64,000 bases of DNA from an uncultured Gemmatimonadaceae bacterium (GCA_963790305.1 CAWBOC010000009.1:704001-768000); one strand, 5' to 3'; positions 40,481-53,291 are shown, counted from the stretch's first letter. The notes: generated from the sequence alone by a model not told the origin. Numbers and translations: made by a program.

Positions 40481-41821
40481 CTACACCACCAGACCCAGCA
40501 ACATCGTGAACGCCAGGCCCGCCACGCCAATGATCGTCTCGGCGACCGTCCACGTCTTGAGCGTCTGTGGCACGGTCATGTTGAAGAATTCCTTGATCAG
40601 CCAGAACCCCGAATCGTTCACGTGCGAGAGCACGAGCGAGCCCGCGCCGGTCGCGAGCACCAGCAGCTCGGCGCTCGTTCCGGGCGTCATCAGCGCGATG
40701 GGCGCGACAATGCCCGCGGCGGTCGTCATCGCCACCGTCGCCGAGCCGGTGGCGACGCGGATGAGCGCGGCGATGATCCATGCCAGCAGGAGGGGCGACG
40801 CGTGCGACCCTACCGCCACATCGGCAATCGCCTTCCCCACCCCGCTCTCCAGGAGCACCCGGTTGAATCCGCCGCCGGCGCCGATCACGAGGAGAATGGT
40901 GGCGGTTGGCGCCAGGCAGTCGTTGGTGAACTTGAGGATCTGATCTCGCGTGAAGTGCTGCCGGTATCCCAGCGACCAGAAGGAAAAGAGCAGCGCCACG
41001 AGCAGCGAGACGATCGGGCCTCCGATGAACTCGAGGGTCGTGCGCAGCGTGCTCGTTGACTCGAGCGTCACGGCGGCAATGCTCGCGCACAGCATCAGAA
41101 TCACTGGGAGCAGCACGGTGAACACCGAGATGCCGAACCCCGGCATCTCGCGCGGCGTGCTGCCCTCGAACTGCGCGGCCACCGGGTTGTCCGCGGGAAG
41201 GGCAATGCGCGGCGCAATCCACGAGGCGAAGATCGGGCCGGCCAGCGACGCGGTCGGCAGCCCGACGAGGATGGCATAGGCGATCGTGAGGCCCACGTCA
41301 GCCTGGTACGCGCCGACCGCGAGCATCGCCGCCGGATGCGGGGGGACCAACCCATGCACCACCGAGAGCCCCGCCACCAGCGGGATGCCGATCTTCACCA
41401 GCGACATGCCGGTGCGACGCGCAATCGTGAAGACCAGCGGAATCAGCAGGACGAAACCAACCTGAAAGAACACCGGGATGCCGACGATGAAGGCGACGAA
41501 CATGATCGCCCAGTGCACGCGTCGCTCCCCGAACTTCGCGATGAGCGTTGTCGCGATGCGCGTCGCGCCGCCGGACTCCGCCATCATCTTGCCCAGCATC
41601 GTGCCGAGGCCGACGACGATCGCGATGAAGCCGAGCACGCCGCCCACTCCGTCCTGGAACGCCTTGACGACGCTGCCTAACGGCATTCCCGCCGCGGCCC
41701 CCAGGCCGAGGGAGACCGCGATCAACACGATGAAGGGGTGGATCTTGAAGCGCGCGATCAGGACGATCAGCGCGACTACCGCACCCAGCGCGTAGAGCAG
41801 CAGCAGGGTGTTCGGGCTCAT
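40481..41821 (-). CDS. gntP: GntP family gluconate permease
   Basis: KIHPF, GKMMAESGG, HGLVPPHP, RVATGSATVA, SHVNDSGFW. Confidence 0.93.
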   Translation of the reverse strand: MSPNTLLLLYALGAVVALIVLIARFKIHPFIVLIAVSLGLGAAAGMPLGSVVKAFQDGVGGVLGFIAIVVGLGTMLGKMMAESGGATRIATTLIAKFGERRVHWAIMFVAFIVGIPVFFQVGFVLLIPLVFTIARRTGMSLVKIGIPLVAGLSVVHGLVPPHPAAMLAVGAYQADVGLTIAYAILVGLPTASLAGPIFASWIAPRIALPADNPVAAQFEGSTPREMPGFGISVFTVLLPVILMLCASIAAVTLESTSTLRTTLEFIGGPIVSLLVALLFSFWSLGYRQHFTRDQILKFTNDCLAPTATILLVIGAGGGFNRVLLESGVGKAIADVAVGSHASPLLLAWIIAALIRVATGSATVAMTTAAGIVAPIALMTPGTSAELLVLATGAGSLVLSHVNDSGFWLIKEFFNMTVPQTLKTWTVAETIIGVAGLAFTMLLGLVV

Positions 41822-42327
41822 GCCGAAGCGGTGCGCGCCACGAGACTATCGACGATGACGTCGGGCGCCGCGCTGACATCGCAGACCCAGGCGTGCTCGT
41901 CCGGCGCAGGCTCCTCGAGAATGGAGAACTGGCTGTCGAGCAGCGAGGGCGGCATGAAATGCCCGCTGCGGCGAGCCATGCGCTCCGCGACGAGACCTCG
42001 GCTCCCCGCGAGATAAACGAAGCGCACATCCGCGTCGCCGAGGGAGCGCAACACGTCACGGTAGCTGCGCTTGAGCGCTGAGCAGGAGACTACGAGGCCG
42101 ACCCCTGTGCGCTTCGCCGCGCGGAGTCGGGCCGCGATCGCGAGCAGCCAACCGCGGCGGTCGTCGTCGGTGAGCGGAATCCCGGCCGCCATGCGTCTCA
42201 CGTTCTCCGGGGGATGCAGCTCGTCACCTTCGACGAACTGGATGCCGAGCTCGCGAGCGAGATTCGCTCCGATCAGGCTCTTCCCGGAGCCGCAGACGCC
42301 CATCATCACGTAGAGCCCGGTGTGCAC
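41818..42327 (-). CDS. gntK: Gluconokinase
   Basis: MGVCGSGKS, EGDELHP, GIPLTDDDR, CSALKRSYR, HFMPPSLLDSQF. Confidence 0.93.
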   Translation of the reverse strand: MHTGLYVMMGVCGSGKSLIGANLARELGIQFVEGDELHPPENVRRMAAGIPLTDDDRRGWLLAIAARLRAAKRTGVGLVVSCSALKRSYRDVLRSLGDADVRFVYLAGSRGLVAERMARRSGHFMPPSLLDSQFSILEEPAPDEHAWVCDVSAAPDVIVDSLVARTASA

Positions 42328-42399
42328 GGGGACCTATCCTATACCACGGAGGCATTCGGGGCTATTCTGCTGGCCAAGAAACTCTCGGGAGCGGCAACG

Positions 42400-43296
42400 A
42401 TGCGACTGGCGATGATCGGGCTGGGACGGATGGGCGGCAACATGGTGCAGCGGCTGCTCCGGGGAGGACACGAGGTGGTCGTCTACGACCGAAGCGCCGA
42501 CGCGATCGAGGCGCAGGTCGCCAACGGGGCCAAGGCGGGGAAAGACCTCGCCGACGTCGCGCGGCAGCTCGCGCCTCCTCGCGTCCTCTGGGTGATGGTG
42601 CCGGCCGGCGCTGCCGTGGAGGACACGATCAAGCAGCTCGTGCCGCATCTCGACCAGGGGGACGTCATCATCGACGGTGGCAACTCGAACTTTCGCGACT
42701 CGGTGCGCCGCGCGAAGATGCTCGAGGGAGGGATCGAGTTCGTGGACGTCGGGACCAGCGGGGGGATTCACGGCCTGGCTCACGGATACTGCCTGATGAT
42801 CGGGGCGTCCCCCCGGGCGTTCCAGCACTGCGAGCCGATCTTCCGGACGCTCGCGCCGCCAGAGGGCTACGCGCATGTGGGCCCGCCCGGTGCCGGCCAC
42901 TACGTGAAGATGGTGCACAACGGGATCGAGTACGGATTGCTACAGGCGTACGCCGAGGGCTACGAGATCCTGCACGCGTCGCAGGATTTCAGCCTCGACC
43001 TGGGGCGAATCGCGAAGCTGTGGAATCACGGCAGCGTAGTCCGCTCCTGGTTGAACGAGCTGGCGGAGCGCGCGCTCTCCCGTGACGGCGAGCTCGCTGG
43101 CATCCGTGGTTACGTAGAGGACTCGGGCGAGGGACGCTGGACCGTGGAGGAGGCGATGCGACTCGACGTGCCGGCGCCTGTGATCACGTTGTCGCTGCTC
43201 GCGCGGTTTCGCTCGCGACAGGAGGAATCCTTCGGCGCCAAGGTGATCGCCGCGCTGCGCAACGAGTTTGGCGGGCATGCGGTGCGGACCAAGTGA
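42400..43296 (+). CDS. gnd: Decarboxylating 6-phosphogluconate dehydrogenase (short type)
   Basis: IGLGRMG, IDGGNS, DVGTSGG, KMVHNGIEYG, DSGEGRW, RNEFGGH. Confidence 0.93.
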   Translation: MRLAMIGLGRMGGNMVQRLLRGGHEVVVYDRSADAIEAQVANGAKAGKDLADVARQLAPPRVLWVMVPAGAAVEDTIKQLVPHLDQGDVIIDGGNSNFRDSVRRAKMLEGGIEFVDVGTSGGIHGLAHGYCLMIGASPRAFQHCEPIFRTLAPPEGYAHVGPPGAGHYVKMVHNGIEYGLLQAYAEGYEILHASQDFSLDLGRIAKLWNHGSVVRSWLNELAERALSRDGELAGIRGYVEDSGEGRWTVEEAMRLDVPAPVITLSLLARFRSRQEESFGAKVIAALRNEFGGHAVRTK

Positions 43297-43324
43297 TCGT
43301 CATCCCGCCCGGGCATCGGTAGGA

Positions 43325-43666
43325 ATGGACAACTACGATGATCGCTTTTCAGCCGAGCGCTATCGTGCGGACGAGAATGTATCCCTCATCGCGGGTGGTG
43401 TATCACGAGCCATCCCGGAACGCCTCTTCAGCCGCGCGCAGCAGATCGGGGCTGCCTACGAGCTTCACCTCCTGCCGGCGATCGAGATTCATGATTCCAC
43501 GATTCTCTCCAGGGACCAGTGTCGCGCCCTCGCCAATGAGGTCGCCTTCATCAGAGAGATCGTCTCCGACCCCCTGCTCGAACGATACCTGACGGAGATT
43601 CAGGAGCTCGCGGACGGGTGCTGGCGCTCGGCGATCGAGCGGGTGCTCGTGATCCAGGGCCCATGA
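43325..43666 (+). CDS. Hypothetical protein
   Basis: ORF with protein-like composition. Confidence 0.65.
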   Translation: MDNYDDRFSAERYRADENVSLIAGGVSRAIPERLFSRAQQIGAAYELHLLPAIEIHDSTILSRDQCRALANEVAFIREIVSDPLLERYLTEIQELADGCWRSAIERVLVIQGP

Positions 43667-43715
43667 TGGACCAGAACGAGAGCGGCGAACCCCACGCTCG
43701 ACTTAGGAGACATGT

Positions 43716-44087
43716 ATGAACCTGGGAGCTTTTTCGGTTAGTCTGGCGGTCAAGGATATCGAGGCGTCGAAGGTCTTCTATCAAAAGCTGGGTTTTCGAG
43801 TCTTCGCCGGAAATCAATCGCAGAACTGGCTCATTATGAAGAATGGCGACCATGCCATTGGGTTGTTTCAAGGCATGTTCGACAAGAACATTCTCACGTT
43901 CAATCCGGGCTGGAGTAGTGACGCTCAGCAACTCGGAGAATTCATGGACATCCGAGAGTTGCAGCGCCAGCTCAAGGACCGTGGCGTACACCTGATCATG
44001 GAAGCAGACGAGAGCTCTACCGGTCCGGCGAGCTTCATGATCGCCGACCCTGATGGAAACACCATCCTGCTCGATCAACACGTGTAA
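43716..44087 (+). CDS. VOC family protein
   Basis: LGAFSVSLAVKDI...IGLFQGMF..NILTFNPGW...DPDGN. Confidence 0.9.
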   Translation: MNLGAFSVSLAVKDIEASKVFYQKLGFRVFAGNQSQNWLIMKNGDHAIGLFQGMFDKNILTFNPGWSSDAQQLGEFMDIRELQRQLKDRGVHLIMEADESSTGPASFMIADPDGNTILLDQHV

Positions 44088-44159
44088 GCGAACGGAGACA
44101 TCACCGGCCGGGAGACCCTCGCCACGTTAGGCAGGATCGCGCGACACCGTGGAGGCTTC

Positions 44160-44405
44160 GTGGACTACGACGTAGATCAGATGACGCGTGACCAGCTGAT
44201 CGCTGAGATCAGGCGGCTGCGTGCAGGGATCAGGGAGCACCGCGATAGCACCGAGCAGGAGCTGTGCTGGCACCATCCGGCGCTGTGGTCGCTGCTCCCC
44301 GAGACAACAGACCCAGTGCCGGCGGTGCCGTCGTGGCCGGATTTTCTCCGGGGATGTGTACGGTACCGCCAGTCCCTCGACGATCAGCCTCCGAACGCCG
44401 GATAG
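44160..44405 (+). CDS. Small hypothetical protein
   Basis: GGAGG RBS; LRAGIREHRD...LCWHHPALW...FLRGCVRYRQSLD. Confidence 0.75.
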   Translation: MDYDVDQMTRDQLIAEIRRLRAGIREHRDSTEQELCWHHPALWSLLPETTDPVPAVPSWPDFLRGCVRYRQSLDDQPPNAG

Positions 44406-44470
44406 CCTTTTTTGAGACCCGGGGGCCGGCGACAGTGCGCATCAGCGAGGCGGCTTCCAGTGAGGTCGAC

Positions 44471-45034
44471 GTGAGCCTGCCGTCCAGCACCGCGCTGCTT
44501 CTCATCGACGTGCAACAGGGCCTCGATGACCCGCGCTACGGAACACGGAACAATCCCGACGCCGAGCGGCGAATCGCCGAGCTGCTGGGTGAATGGCGCG
44601 CCGCCGGCCGACCGGTCATCCACGTTCAGCACCTATCGCTGGAGCCGAGCTCGCCACTTCGCGCCGATCGGCCCGGCCACGCCTTCAAGCTCGAGGCGGC
44701 GCCCCGGGGTGACGAGCCGGTCTTTCGGAAGCACGTCAACAGCGCGTTCATGGGGACCGACCTCGAGACGTACTTGCGGGGCCGGGGTATCGATTCACTC
44801 GTGATGGTCGGGATCACCACCGATCACTGCGTCTCGAGCACAGCTCGGATGGCGGGCAATCTCGGGTTCGCGGTGACCGTCGTGGCCAATGCCACCGCGA
44901 CCTTCGAGCGTCGTGGGCCCGACGGGACGCACTATAGCGCTGACGTCATGCACGGCGTTACTCTGGCGAGCCTGCACGGCGAGTTCGCGACCGTGCGCAG
45001 CACCGGGGACGTTCTCGCCGCCATGCGTGCCTAA
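44471..45034 (+). CDS. Isochorismatase family cysteine hydrolase
   Basis: ALLLIDVQ, KHVNSAF, GITTDHCVSSTAR. Confidence 0.9.
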   Translation: MSLPSSTALLLIDVQQGLDDPRYGTRNNPDAERRIAELLGEWRAAGRPVIHVQHLSLEPSSPLRADRPGHAFKLEAAPRGDEPVFRKHVNSAFMGTDLETYLRGRGIDSLVMVGITTDHCVSSTARMAGNLGFAVTVVANATATFERRGPDGTHYSADVMHGVTLASLHGEFATVRSTGDVLAAMRA

Positions 45035-45056
45035 CGTGCCGTCATCCGAGGATCCC

Positions 45057-45881
45057 ATGCAGAAAGAGGTCGATCTCTACGACGGATACTACGGCTACCT
45101 CGCCGCCGACCCCCAGGTGGCGGTGCGCCGCGAGACCTACGACGAGGATCTTGGACAGGCAAGCTGGATCACGCTCGCCGAAGCGCGCGAATTCTTTCGC
45201 GCGCTCGCGCTCGGGCCCGGGCAAACGGCACTGGAAGTGGCGTGTGGCTCGGGAGGCGTCACCTGCCGCATGGCCGTCGAGACCCAGGCGAGCTGTATCG
45301 GCGTCGACATCAACGTCGAGGGCATCACCGCCGCTCGAGGGCGAGCGAGCGAGCAAGGCCTCGCCGCGCGCGTCTCGTTTCAGGTGGCTGATGCCGGACG
45401 GTCGCTTCCCTTCCCGGACGAATCCTTCGACGCAGTATTCTGCAACGACGCGATCAACCACTTTCCTCGGCGCGCCAATGTGCTCCGCGACTGGTACCGC
45501 GTGCTGCGGCCGGGTGGCCGACTGCTCTTCACCGATCCCATCGTGGTCACGGGTCAGCTGACCAATGAGGAGATGCGCGACCGAAGCTCGATCGGGTTCT
45601 TTCTCTTCACGCCCACCGAGTACAACGAGCCGCTCCTGGCGAACGTCGGCTACATCGTTCACGAGGTGCGCGACGTCACCGACAACGTCGCATCCATCTC
45701 GAGCAAATGGCGGGACGCGCGAGCGAAGCGCCGCGCGGAGCTCGTGAAGCTCGAGAGTGACACCGGTTTCGAAGGGCTGCAGCGATTTCTCACCGCTGTG
45801 TACACGATGTCGAGTGAACGGCGCTTGTCGCGGTTCATGTACCTGGCGTCGAAGCCCTCGTCGCACGACAGAGAGATCTAA
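45057..45881 (+). CDS. SAM-dependent methyltransferase
   Basis: LEVACGSGG, LPFPDESFD, VLRPGGRL. Confidence 0.9.
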   Translation: MQKEVDLYDGYYGYLAADPQVAVRRETYDEDLGQASWITLAEAREFFRALALGPGQTALEVACGSGGVTCRMAVETQASCIGVDINVEGITAARGRASEQGLAARVSFQVADAGRSLPFPDESFDAVFCNDAINHFPRRANVLRDWYRVLRPGGRLLFTDPIVVTGQLTNEEMRDRSSIGFFLFTPTEYNEPLLANVGYIVHEVRDVTDNVASISSKWRDARAKRRAELVKLESDTGFEGLQRFLTAVYTMSSERRLSRFMYLASKPSSHDREI

Positions 45882-45892
45882 GGGAGTCCACT

Positions 45893-46384
45893 ATGCGGTT
45901 TCTCGTCCGGGCAATCGCACTTGCATTCGGCATTGTCGCCACCGCGACGGCCCCGGCGCAGGTAACCCCCGCACCGGTGGCGGTCGGGGCACGCGTGCGC
46001 CTAACGCTTCCCGAGCCGGGCCCTCATCGCTTCGGAGTTATCGCGCGCGAGCGATCGCTCATCGGCGAGGTCGTGAGCGTCACCTCGGAGACGCTGACCG
46101 TCCGCCCACACCCGCTGCTTCCGCCGGTGGACGTTCCACGGTCGGCGGTACAGCGCCTCCATGTCAGTCGCGGCACCTCACGATGGCGCAGCGCGGCTTC
46201 AGGTGTGGTTGGTGGTGCACTGCTCGGCGCGCTCTGGGGCCAGGTCCTGCATGGGCTCGAGCTACGCAGCTCGAGCTTCGATACGGGGGCGCATGCGCGA
46301 TCGCGCGGTGCGATACTCGGAGCCGCCACGTTCGCGCTCAGCGGGGCACTCTTTCCACGCGAAAGCTGGCGTCGCGTTCGATGA
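45893..46384 (+). CDS. Secreted/membrane hypothetical protein
   Basis: Signal peptide; GARVRL; Gly-zipper-like C-terminus. Confidence 0.7.
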   Translation: MRFLVRAIALAFGIVATATAPAQVTPAPVAVGARVRLTLPEPGPHRFGVIARERSLIGEVVSVTSETLTVRPHPLLPPVDVPRSAVQRLHVSRGTSRWRSAASGVVGGALLGALWGQVLHGLELRSSSFDTGAHARSRGAILGAATFALSGALFPRESWRRVR

Positions 46385-46579
46385 TGGTGTGATCGCGCCA
46401 TTGCTGGCCTTTGGTTCCGGCCGTGGTGATATTGCGAACCAGCTGGCACCTTGCCCGGGAACGGCCGTGCGGCGCGCCTCGTGCGTCCTGAAACCGCCTG
46501 CTTCCACGGACGTATCGTTCAATCCTGACGTCGACAGCACGCCCTTGCTCCCGCCACATTTGCCATCACCCTTCGCCGC

Positions 46580-48499
<1,920 letters not shown>

Positions 48500-48541
48500 C
48501 CGCAGCGCTGAACGAGACGTTCAGCATGAGCCCGCGGAAGG

Positions 48542-48841
48542 TCAGGCGGGCGTTCCGTTCCCTTCGGTCGGCGTCGTTGCCGCGGCGGCAGGTCGTGGCT
48601 GCCCACGATTGTGCCAGCTCCGCGCAGGTTCGGCGCGGCGCGTCAGCATGTTCTGATAATAGGCCACGATGCGGTCGCGCACCGACGCCTCGGTATCACC
48701 GCGAGCGGCTTGAAACGGGGCATAACGGTGGGTATCGCCCGACACCTCGAACCACCACCAGGCCTCCGGTCGGCCAGCTAAACCCTCTATGTGGCAGGTG
48801 TACTTCCGGTCGCCATCGGCGAAACTGAACTTCTTCGTCAT
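48542..48841 (-). CDS. Hypothetical protein
   Basis: GGAG RBS; AWWWFEVSGD-HRYAPF. Confidence 0.7.
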   Translation of the reverse strand: MTKKFSFADGDRKYTCHIEGLAGRPEAWWWFEVSGDTHRYAPFQAARGDTEASVRDRIVAYYQNMLTRRAEPARSWHNRGQPRPAAAATTPTEGNGTPA

Positions 48842-49151
48842 GGGTGCTCCACTGGTTGACTCGAAATGTACCACCGTGCGCACAATAATGCCTGATTTTG
48901 CGGCCTCCGACGACGTAATTCGGCCCGTTATCCGGCGTACGATGGCCGAGTATCTCTCGCGGAACCGCTCCTCGCGCACTTAACTCGCTTTACAGGCGCT
49001 CCGCGCGCCGGGGCCGGCGAGCCTAGCCAACTGCGCCCCCCTCAGGCCAAGATATCCAACGCACATCCAGGTCTGTTCGACGTACGAACGGAGACGACGT
49101 GGACACGCCACCAACCTGTGAGATGCTGGCAGCGATGCGCGCAGCGGTCCG

Positions 49152-50357
49152 ATGAGCGCCAGGCACACCACCATCCTCTGCCTGGCCAGCTACGTAAAGG
49201 GACATGAGTTCCTGCGCGAGTGCAAACGTCTGGGCTGCCGGGTGCTCCTGCTCACGGTGGAGAAGCACAAGGACGCCGAGTGGCCGCGCGAGAGCATCGA
49301 CGAGCGCTACCTCATGCCAGCCTTGCTGGGCCGCGAGGATGTCATCCACGCGGTCAGCTATCTGGCGCGCACCGAATCGATCGATCGTATCGTCCCGCTC
49401 GATGAGTTCGATCTGGAGATGGCGTCGACGCTGCGCGAGCATCTGCGAATTCCGGGCATGGGCGAGACGACGGTCCGGTACTTTCGCGACAAGCTGGCGA
49501 TGCGCATGCGCGCGCTGGAGCGCGGCGTCCCGGTTCCCGAGTTCGTCTCGATCCTGAACTACGATCGCGTCCGGGAGTACCTCGCGACCGTCCCTGGACC
49601 GTGGGTGCTCAAGCCGCGATTCTCGGCGTCCGCCATCGGGATTCGAAAGCTCGACACGGCCGACCAGCTCTGGCCCATCCTCGATGAGCTCGGGGATCGC
49701 CAGTCGTTTCACCTTCTGGAGCGCTTCATTCCCGGTAGCGTGTACCATGTCGACTCGATCGTGACCGACGGCGACGTCCGGTTCGCCGAAGCGCATGGAT
49801 ACGTGAATCCGCCCTTCGACGTCTACCATGGCGGAGGGTTGTTCGCCACGAGCACCCTCGACGTCGGCTCACCGGAGGAACGAAGCCTCACCACGCTCAA
49901 CGACGCCGTGGCGCAGGCGTTAGGCATGGTCCGCGGAGTGCTGCATACCGAATTCATCCGAAGTGCGGCCGACGGTCGCTTTTACTTCCTCGAGACGGCG
50001 GCGCGGGTGGGTGGGGCGTTCATTGTCGAGATGGTGGAGGCAGCGACCGGCATCAACCTGTGGCGGGAGTGGGCGCGACTGGAGGTCGCGCATGCACGCG
50101 GCGAGCCGTACGAACCACCGCGGCCTCGACGTGACTACGCCGGCCTCGTCATCTCCCTCGCGAAGCAGGAATGGCCGGATACCTCGGCGTACACGGATCC
50201 GGAGATCGTCTGGCGGCTCCGCAAGCGTCACCACGTCGGAGTGATCGTGGCGTCGCCGCTGCGGGCGCGGGTGCACGAGCTGATTCCGGCGTACATGCAC
50301 CGCTTCCGCGATGAGTTCTACGCGACGCTGCCCGCGGCGGCGGAAGCGGTTGACTGA
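49152..50357 (+). CDS. ATP-grasp domain protein
   Basis: [37 protein letters not shown]. Confidence 0.88.
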   Translation: MSARHTTILCLASYVKGHEFLRECKRLGCRVLLLTVEKHKDAEWPRESIDERYLMPALLGREDVIHAVSYLARTESIDRIVPLDEFDLEMASTLREHLRIPGMGETTVRYFRDKLAMRMRALERGVPVPEFVSILNYDRVREYLATVPGPWVLKPRFSASAIGIRKLDTADQLWPILDELGDRQSFHLLERFIPGSVYHVDSIVTDGDVRFAEAHGYVNPPFDVYHGGGLFATSTLDVGSPEERSLTTLNDAVAQALGMVRGVLHTEFIRSAADGRFYFLETAARVGGAFIVEMVEAATGINLWREWARLEVAHARGEPYEPPRPRRDYAGLVISLAKQEWPDTSAYTDPEIVWRLRKRHHVGVIVASPLRARVHELIPAYMHRFRDEFYATLPAAAEAVD

Positions 50358-50370
50358 CGGGGTGGACTCG

Positions 50371-51138
50371 ATGCCGGTCATCGCGCTGACCCGCGACATC
50401 AGCCCCGCCATCGCGGAGTGCGAGCTGACGCATCTCGAGCGTACGACCATCGATCTCGAGATCGCCCGGGCGCAGCACGACGCCTACGAGCGGTGCCTCG
50501 CGGCGGCGGGTTGTGTCGTCCAGCGACTCGAGGCGGCCGCCGACATGCCCGACTCGGTGTTCATCGAGGACATCGCGATCGTCTTCGATGAGATTGCGGT
50601 GATTACGCGGCCCGGAGCGCCGTCGCGTCGTGTCGAGACCCCGACCGTGGCGGAAGCAGTCGCCAGGCACCGCCCCGTTCGTCGTATCGAGCCACCAGGG
50701 ACGGTCGACGGCGGCGACGTGCTGCGCGTTGGTCGCACGGTGTTCGTCGGATGCTCCGGGCGCACGAACAGCGCCGGCATCGGGCAGCTGCGGTGCGCGC
50801 TGCGGCCACTCGGCTACGATGTGCGCGAGGTCGACGTCCGCGGCTGTCTTCATCTCAAGTCGGCAGTCACGGCCGCGTCGGATGAGCTGCTGCTCGTGAA
50901 CCACGCCTGGATTCCCGAAGCGGACCTCACCGGGTTCGACGTGCTCGAGGTTCACCCGGACGAGCCGTACGGAGCAAACCTGCTCCGTCTCACCGACCGC
51001 GCCATCCATGCGACGGCATTCCCGCACACGCGAAAACGGCTGGAGCAGCGTGGCGTTCGTGTCGAATCGGTCGATTTGAGCGAGCTCGCAAAGGCCGAAG
51101 GAGCGGTGACCTGTTGCAGCATTGTCATTCCGGTGTGA
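50371..51138 (+). CDS. Dimethylarginine dimethylaminohydrolase / amidinotransferase family
   Basis: QHDAY, PDSVFIED, DGGDVL, LHLKS, GAVTCCS. Confidence 0.9.
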   Translation: MPVIALTRDISPAIAECELTHLERTTIDLEIARAQHDAYERCLAAAGCVVQRLEAAADMPDSVFIEDIAIVFDEIAVITRPGAPSRRVETPTVAEAVARHRPVRRIEPPGTVDGGDVLRVGRTVFVGCSGRTNSAGIGQLRCALRPLGYDVREVDVRGCLHLKSAVTAASDELLLVNHAWIPEADLTGFDVLEVHPDEPYGANLLRLTDRAIHATAFPHTRKRLEQRGVRVESVDLSELAKAEGAVTCCSIVIPV

Positions 51139-51180
51139 CCCGCGGTTCGCAGACCCACGTCGTTCAGGAGGAGAAACGTC

Positions 51181-51915
51181 TTGCCCGACCATGAGCTCGT
51201 TCGTTCGTTGAGTCGCCGCGAGTTCCTGCTTGCCGCGACGTCGGCTGCCGCCCTGGCGTGTGCAGGGCGCCGGACCGGCGCGCCGACCGGCTCCGTCGTG
51301 GTGTTTCAGGGCGATTCGATCACTGACGGCGGACGCGACCGCAGCATTCTCGACGCGAACAACGACGCGGCGTTCGGCTCGAGCTACGCGGCGCTGCTCA
51401 TGCGCGAGATCCGCGTCGCGCGTCCGGAAGTTCCGTGGCGGTTCTACAACCGCGGCATCAGTGGCAACAAGCTTCCGGACCTGCAAGCGCGCTGGGCCGC
51501 GGACACGATCGCGCTGCGACCGGACATCCTCAGCATTCTGGCCGGGGTGAACGACTACTGGCACTCGCGCAGCTTCGGCTATGCCGGAACGGCGGCCGAT
51601 TACGAACGGCAGTACACCGCCTTGCTCAGGGAGACACGGACGGCGCTGCCTAACGCCACGATCGTGGTGCTCGAGCCGTTCGTGCTGCGGGTCGGGGCCG
51701 TGGACGCGAGCTGGTTTCCGGCGTTCGATGAGCGACGAGCGGTCGCGGCGCGCGTCGCCAGCGCGGTGGGCGCGCGGTTCGTGCCCCTTCAGGCGGCGTT
51801 CAATGCGCGCGCGGCCGAGACCGGGCCCGAGGCGTGGGCGAAGGATGGCGTGCATCCGACGCCGGCCGGTCATGCGCTGATCGCGCAGCAGTGGCGCGCG
51901 GTCGTCGGACTCTAG
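51181..51915 (+). CDS. SGNH/GDSL hydrolase (Tat signal)
   Basis: SRREFL, FQGDSITD, NRGISG, GVND, DGVHP. Confidence 0.9.
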   Translation: MPDHELVRSLSRREFLLAATSAAALACAGRRTGAPTGSVVVFQGDSITDGGRDRSILDANNDAAFGSSYAALLMREIRVARPEVPWRFYNRGISGNKLPDLQARWAADTIALRPDILSILAGVNDYWHSRSFGYAGTAADYERQYTALLRETRTALPNATIVVLEPFVLRVGAVDASWFPAFDERRAVAARVASAVGARFVPLQAAFNARAAETGPEAWAKDGVHPTPAGHALIAQQWRAVVGL

Positions 51916-51927
51916 GCAGCTACGCCC

Positions 51928-52395
51928 ATGGGCAGCAACCACGACGCCAGCGCCCCTGCACCGCAGCTTCCACCCGCGCCGACGCTGCCCATGGCCGTGC
52001 GGGTCCTGCTCGCGGTGTTCGCGCTTCCACTGGTCGTCGTCGGCGTTCTCCTGCTGATCGCCGCGGCGCGCAACATTTCGGCAGCACCGGGGGCTGTCAT
52101 CGCGATCGCGATCGTGCAGATCGTGGCCGGCGGCGCGATCGGACTTGCCGCGGCACGCGGCCACTCGCGCTTCTGGGGCGGTGAGTCGGTCTCGTCGATC
52201 CTCCTTCCGCTCATCGGCGCGCTGGCCCTCGTTACGGCATACGACCGCGGTGGAGAGGCAAGTCGAGCGCTCGGCATCTCGGAGCAAGCCGCGACCGCCC
52301 TGTTTCTCATCATCGCCGGGATCGCGATCTTCGCCGCCATGGTGTTCGCGTGGCGAAAGGGCGTCAGTGAGCGTGGCTCGCGCAATGTCAGGTGA
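51928..52395 (+). CDS. Membrane protein
   Basis: Four TM helices. Confidence 0.7.
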   Translation: MGSNHDASAPAPQLPPAPTLPMAVRVLLAVFALPLVVVGVLLLIAAARNISAAPGAVIAIAIVQIVAGGAIGLAAARGHSRFWGGESVSSILLPLIGALALVTAYDRGGEASRALGISEQAATALFLIIAGIAIFAAMVFAWRKGVSERGSRNVR

Positions 52396-52921
52396 CGATC
52401 GCGACGTGCACGAGCGTGCTCTGCTCCGACACTTCCTCGCCGCACTGGCCTATCGAACCCAGAAGGCGCTCCGCGATGCGCCCACCGATTTTGGCGACTT
52501 CAGCGCCGGCGGCGCCTGCCGCACTCCGTCGGAGCTCGTGAGGCACATGACGAGCGTGCTGGGCTATTCACGTACCTTCTTCGTCGGCGGACGCTACTGG
52601 CCTGAGGCCGAGCCCGATCTCGCCGGCGAGATTCGCCGGTTTCACGCCATGGTGCAGGACGTGGCGACGCACCTCGATCGTGGCGATGCGCTCAACGGGA
52701 CGACGCCAGCCCGTCTGCTGCAGGGACCGTTCGCCGACGCGATGACGCACGCCGGACAGCTGGCGCTGCTGCGACGGCTCGCCGGCAGTCCCGTGCCGCC
52801 GGAAAATTTCATCGTCGCGAACGTCGACCCGACCAACCTCGGCCCCGATCAACCCAGGCCGGTCAGCCCCGATCGCAGGTGGCCGGAGGCGCCGCCGGGG
52901 TGGCGGGGGTCCGACGAGTGA
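52385..52921 (+). CDS. DinB-like protein
   Basis: RHFLAALAYR...RTPSELVRHM...QGPFADAMTHAGQLALLRR. Confidence 0.8.
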   Translation: MSGDDRDVHERALLRHFLAALAYRTQKALRDAPTDFGDFSAGGACRTPSELVRHMTSVLGYSRTFFVGGRYWPEAEPDLAGEIRRFHAMVQDVATHLDRGDALNGTTPARLLQGPFADAMTHAGQLALLRRLAGSPVPPENFIVANVDPTNLGPDQPRPVSPDRRWPEAPPGWRGSDE

Positions 52922-52965
52922 CGGGTGAGGTGGCGCCGTCCAGATCCACCGGGTAGCCTCCGCTC

Positions 52966-53286
52966 ATGACCTTTCTCGATTACGGCGATATCACCCCTCG
53001 CGAGATCGCACCCGGGTTCTCCGCGCGCTTCGTGCACACGCACGGAATGACGCTCGCGCGCGTCGAGGTCCGCGCCAATGCGCGTATCCCCCAGCACGCG
53101 CACCCGCACGAGCAGGTGACGACGGTGCTGTCCGGTGAGCTCGAGCTCACCGTCGGCGGAGAAGTGAGAGTCCTTCGACCAGGAATGGTCGCGTTCATTC
53201 CCGGGGGTGTTCCGCATTCGGCACGCGCGGTCACCGCGTGCCAGGTGCTGGACGTGTTTCACCCGGTGCGCGACGATTACCGCTGA
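52966..53286 (+). CDS. Cupin domain protein
   Basis: HAHPHEQ...IPGGVPH...DVFHPVRDDY. Confidence 0.9.
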   Translation: MTFLDYGDITPREIAPGFSARFVHTHGMTLARVEVRANARIPQHAHPHEQVTTVLSGELELTVGGEVRVLRPGMVAFIPGGVPHSARAVTACQVLDVFHPVRDDYR

Positions 53287-53291
53287 GCGTC

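Noticed and set aside
50149..52287. 712-aa minus-strand ORF
   Set aside because: Antisense shadow of the DDAH, GDSL and membrane genes.
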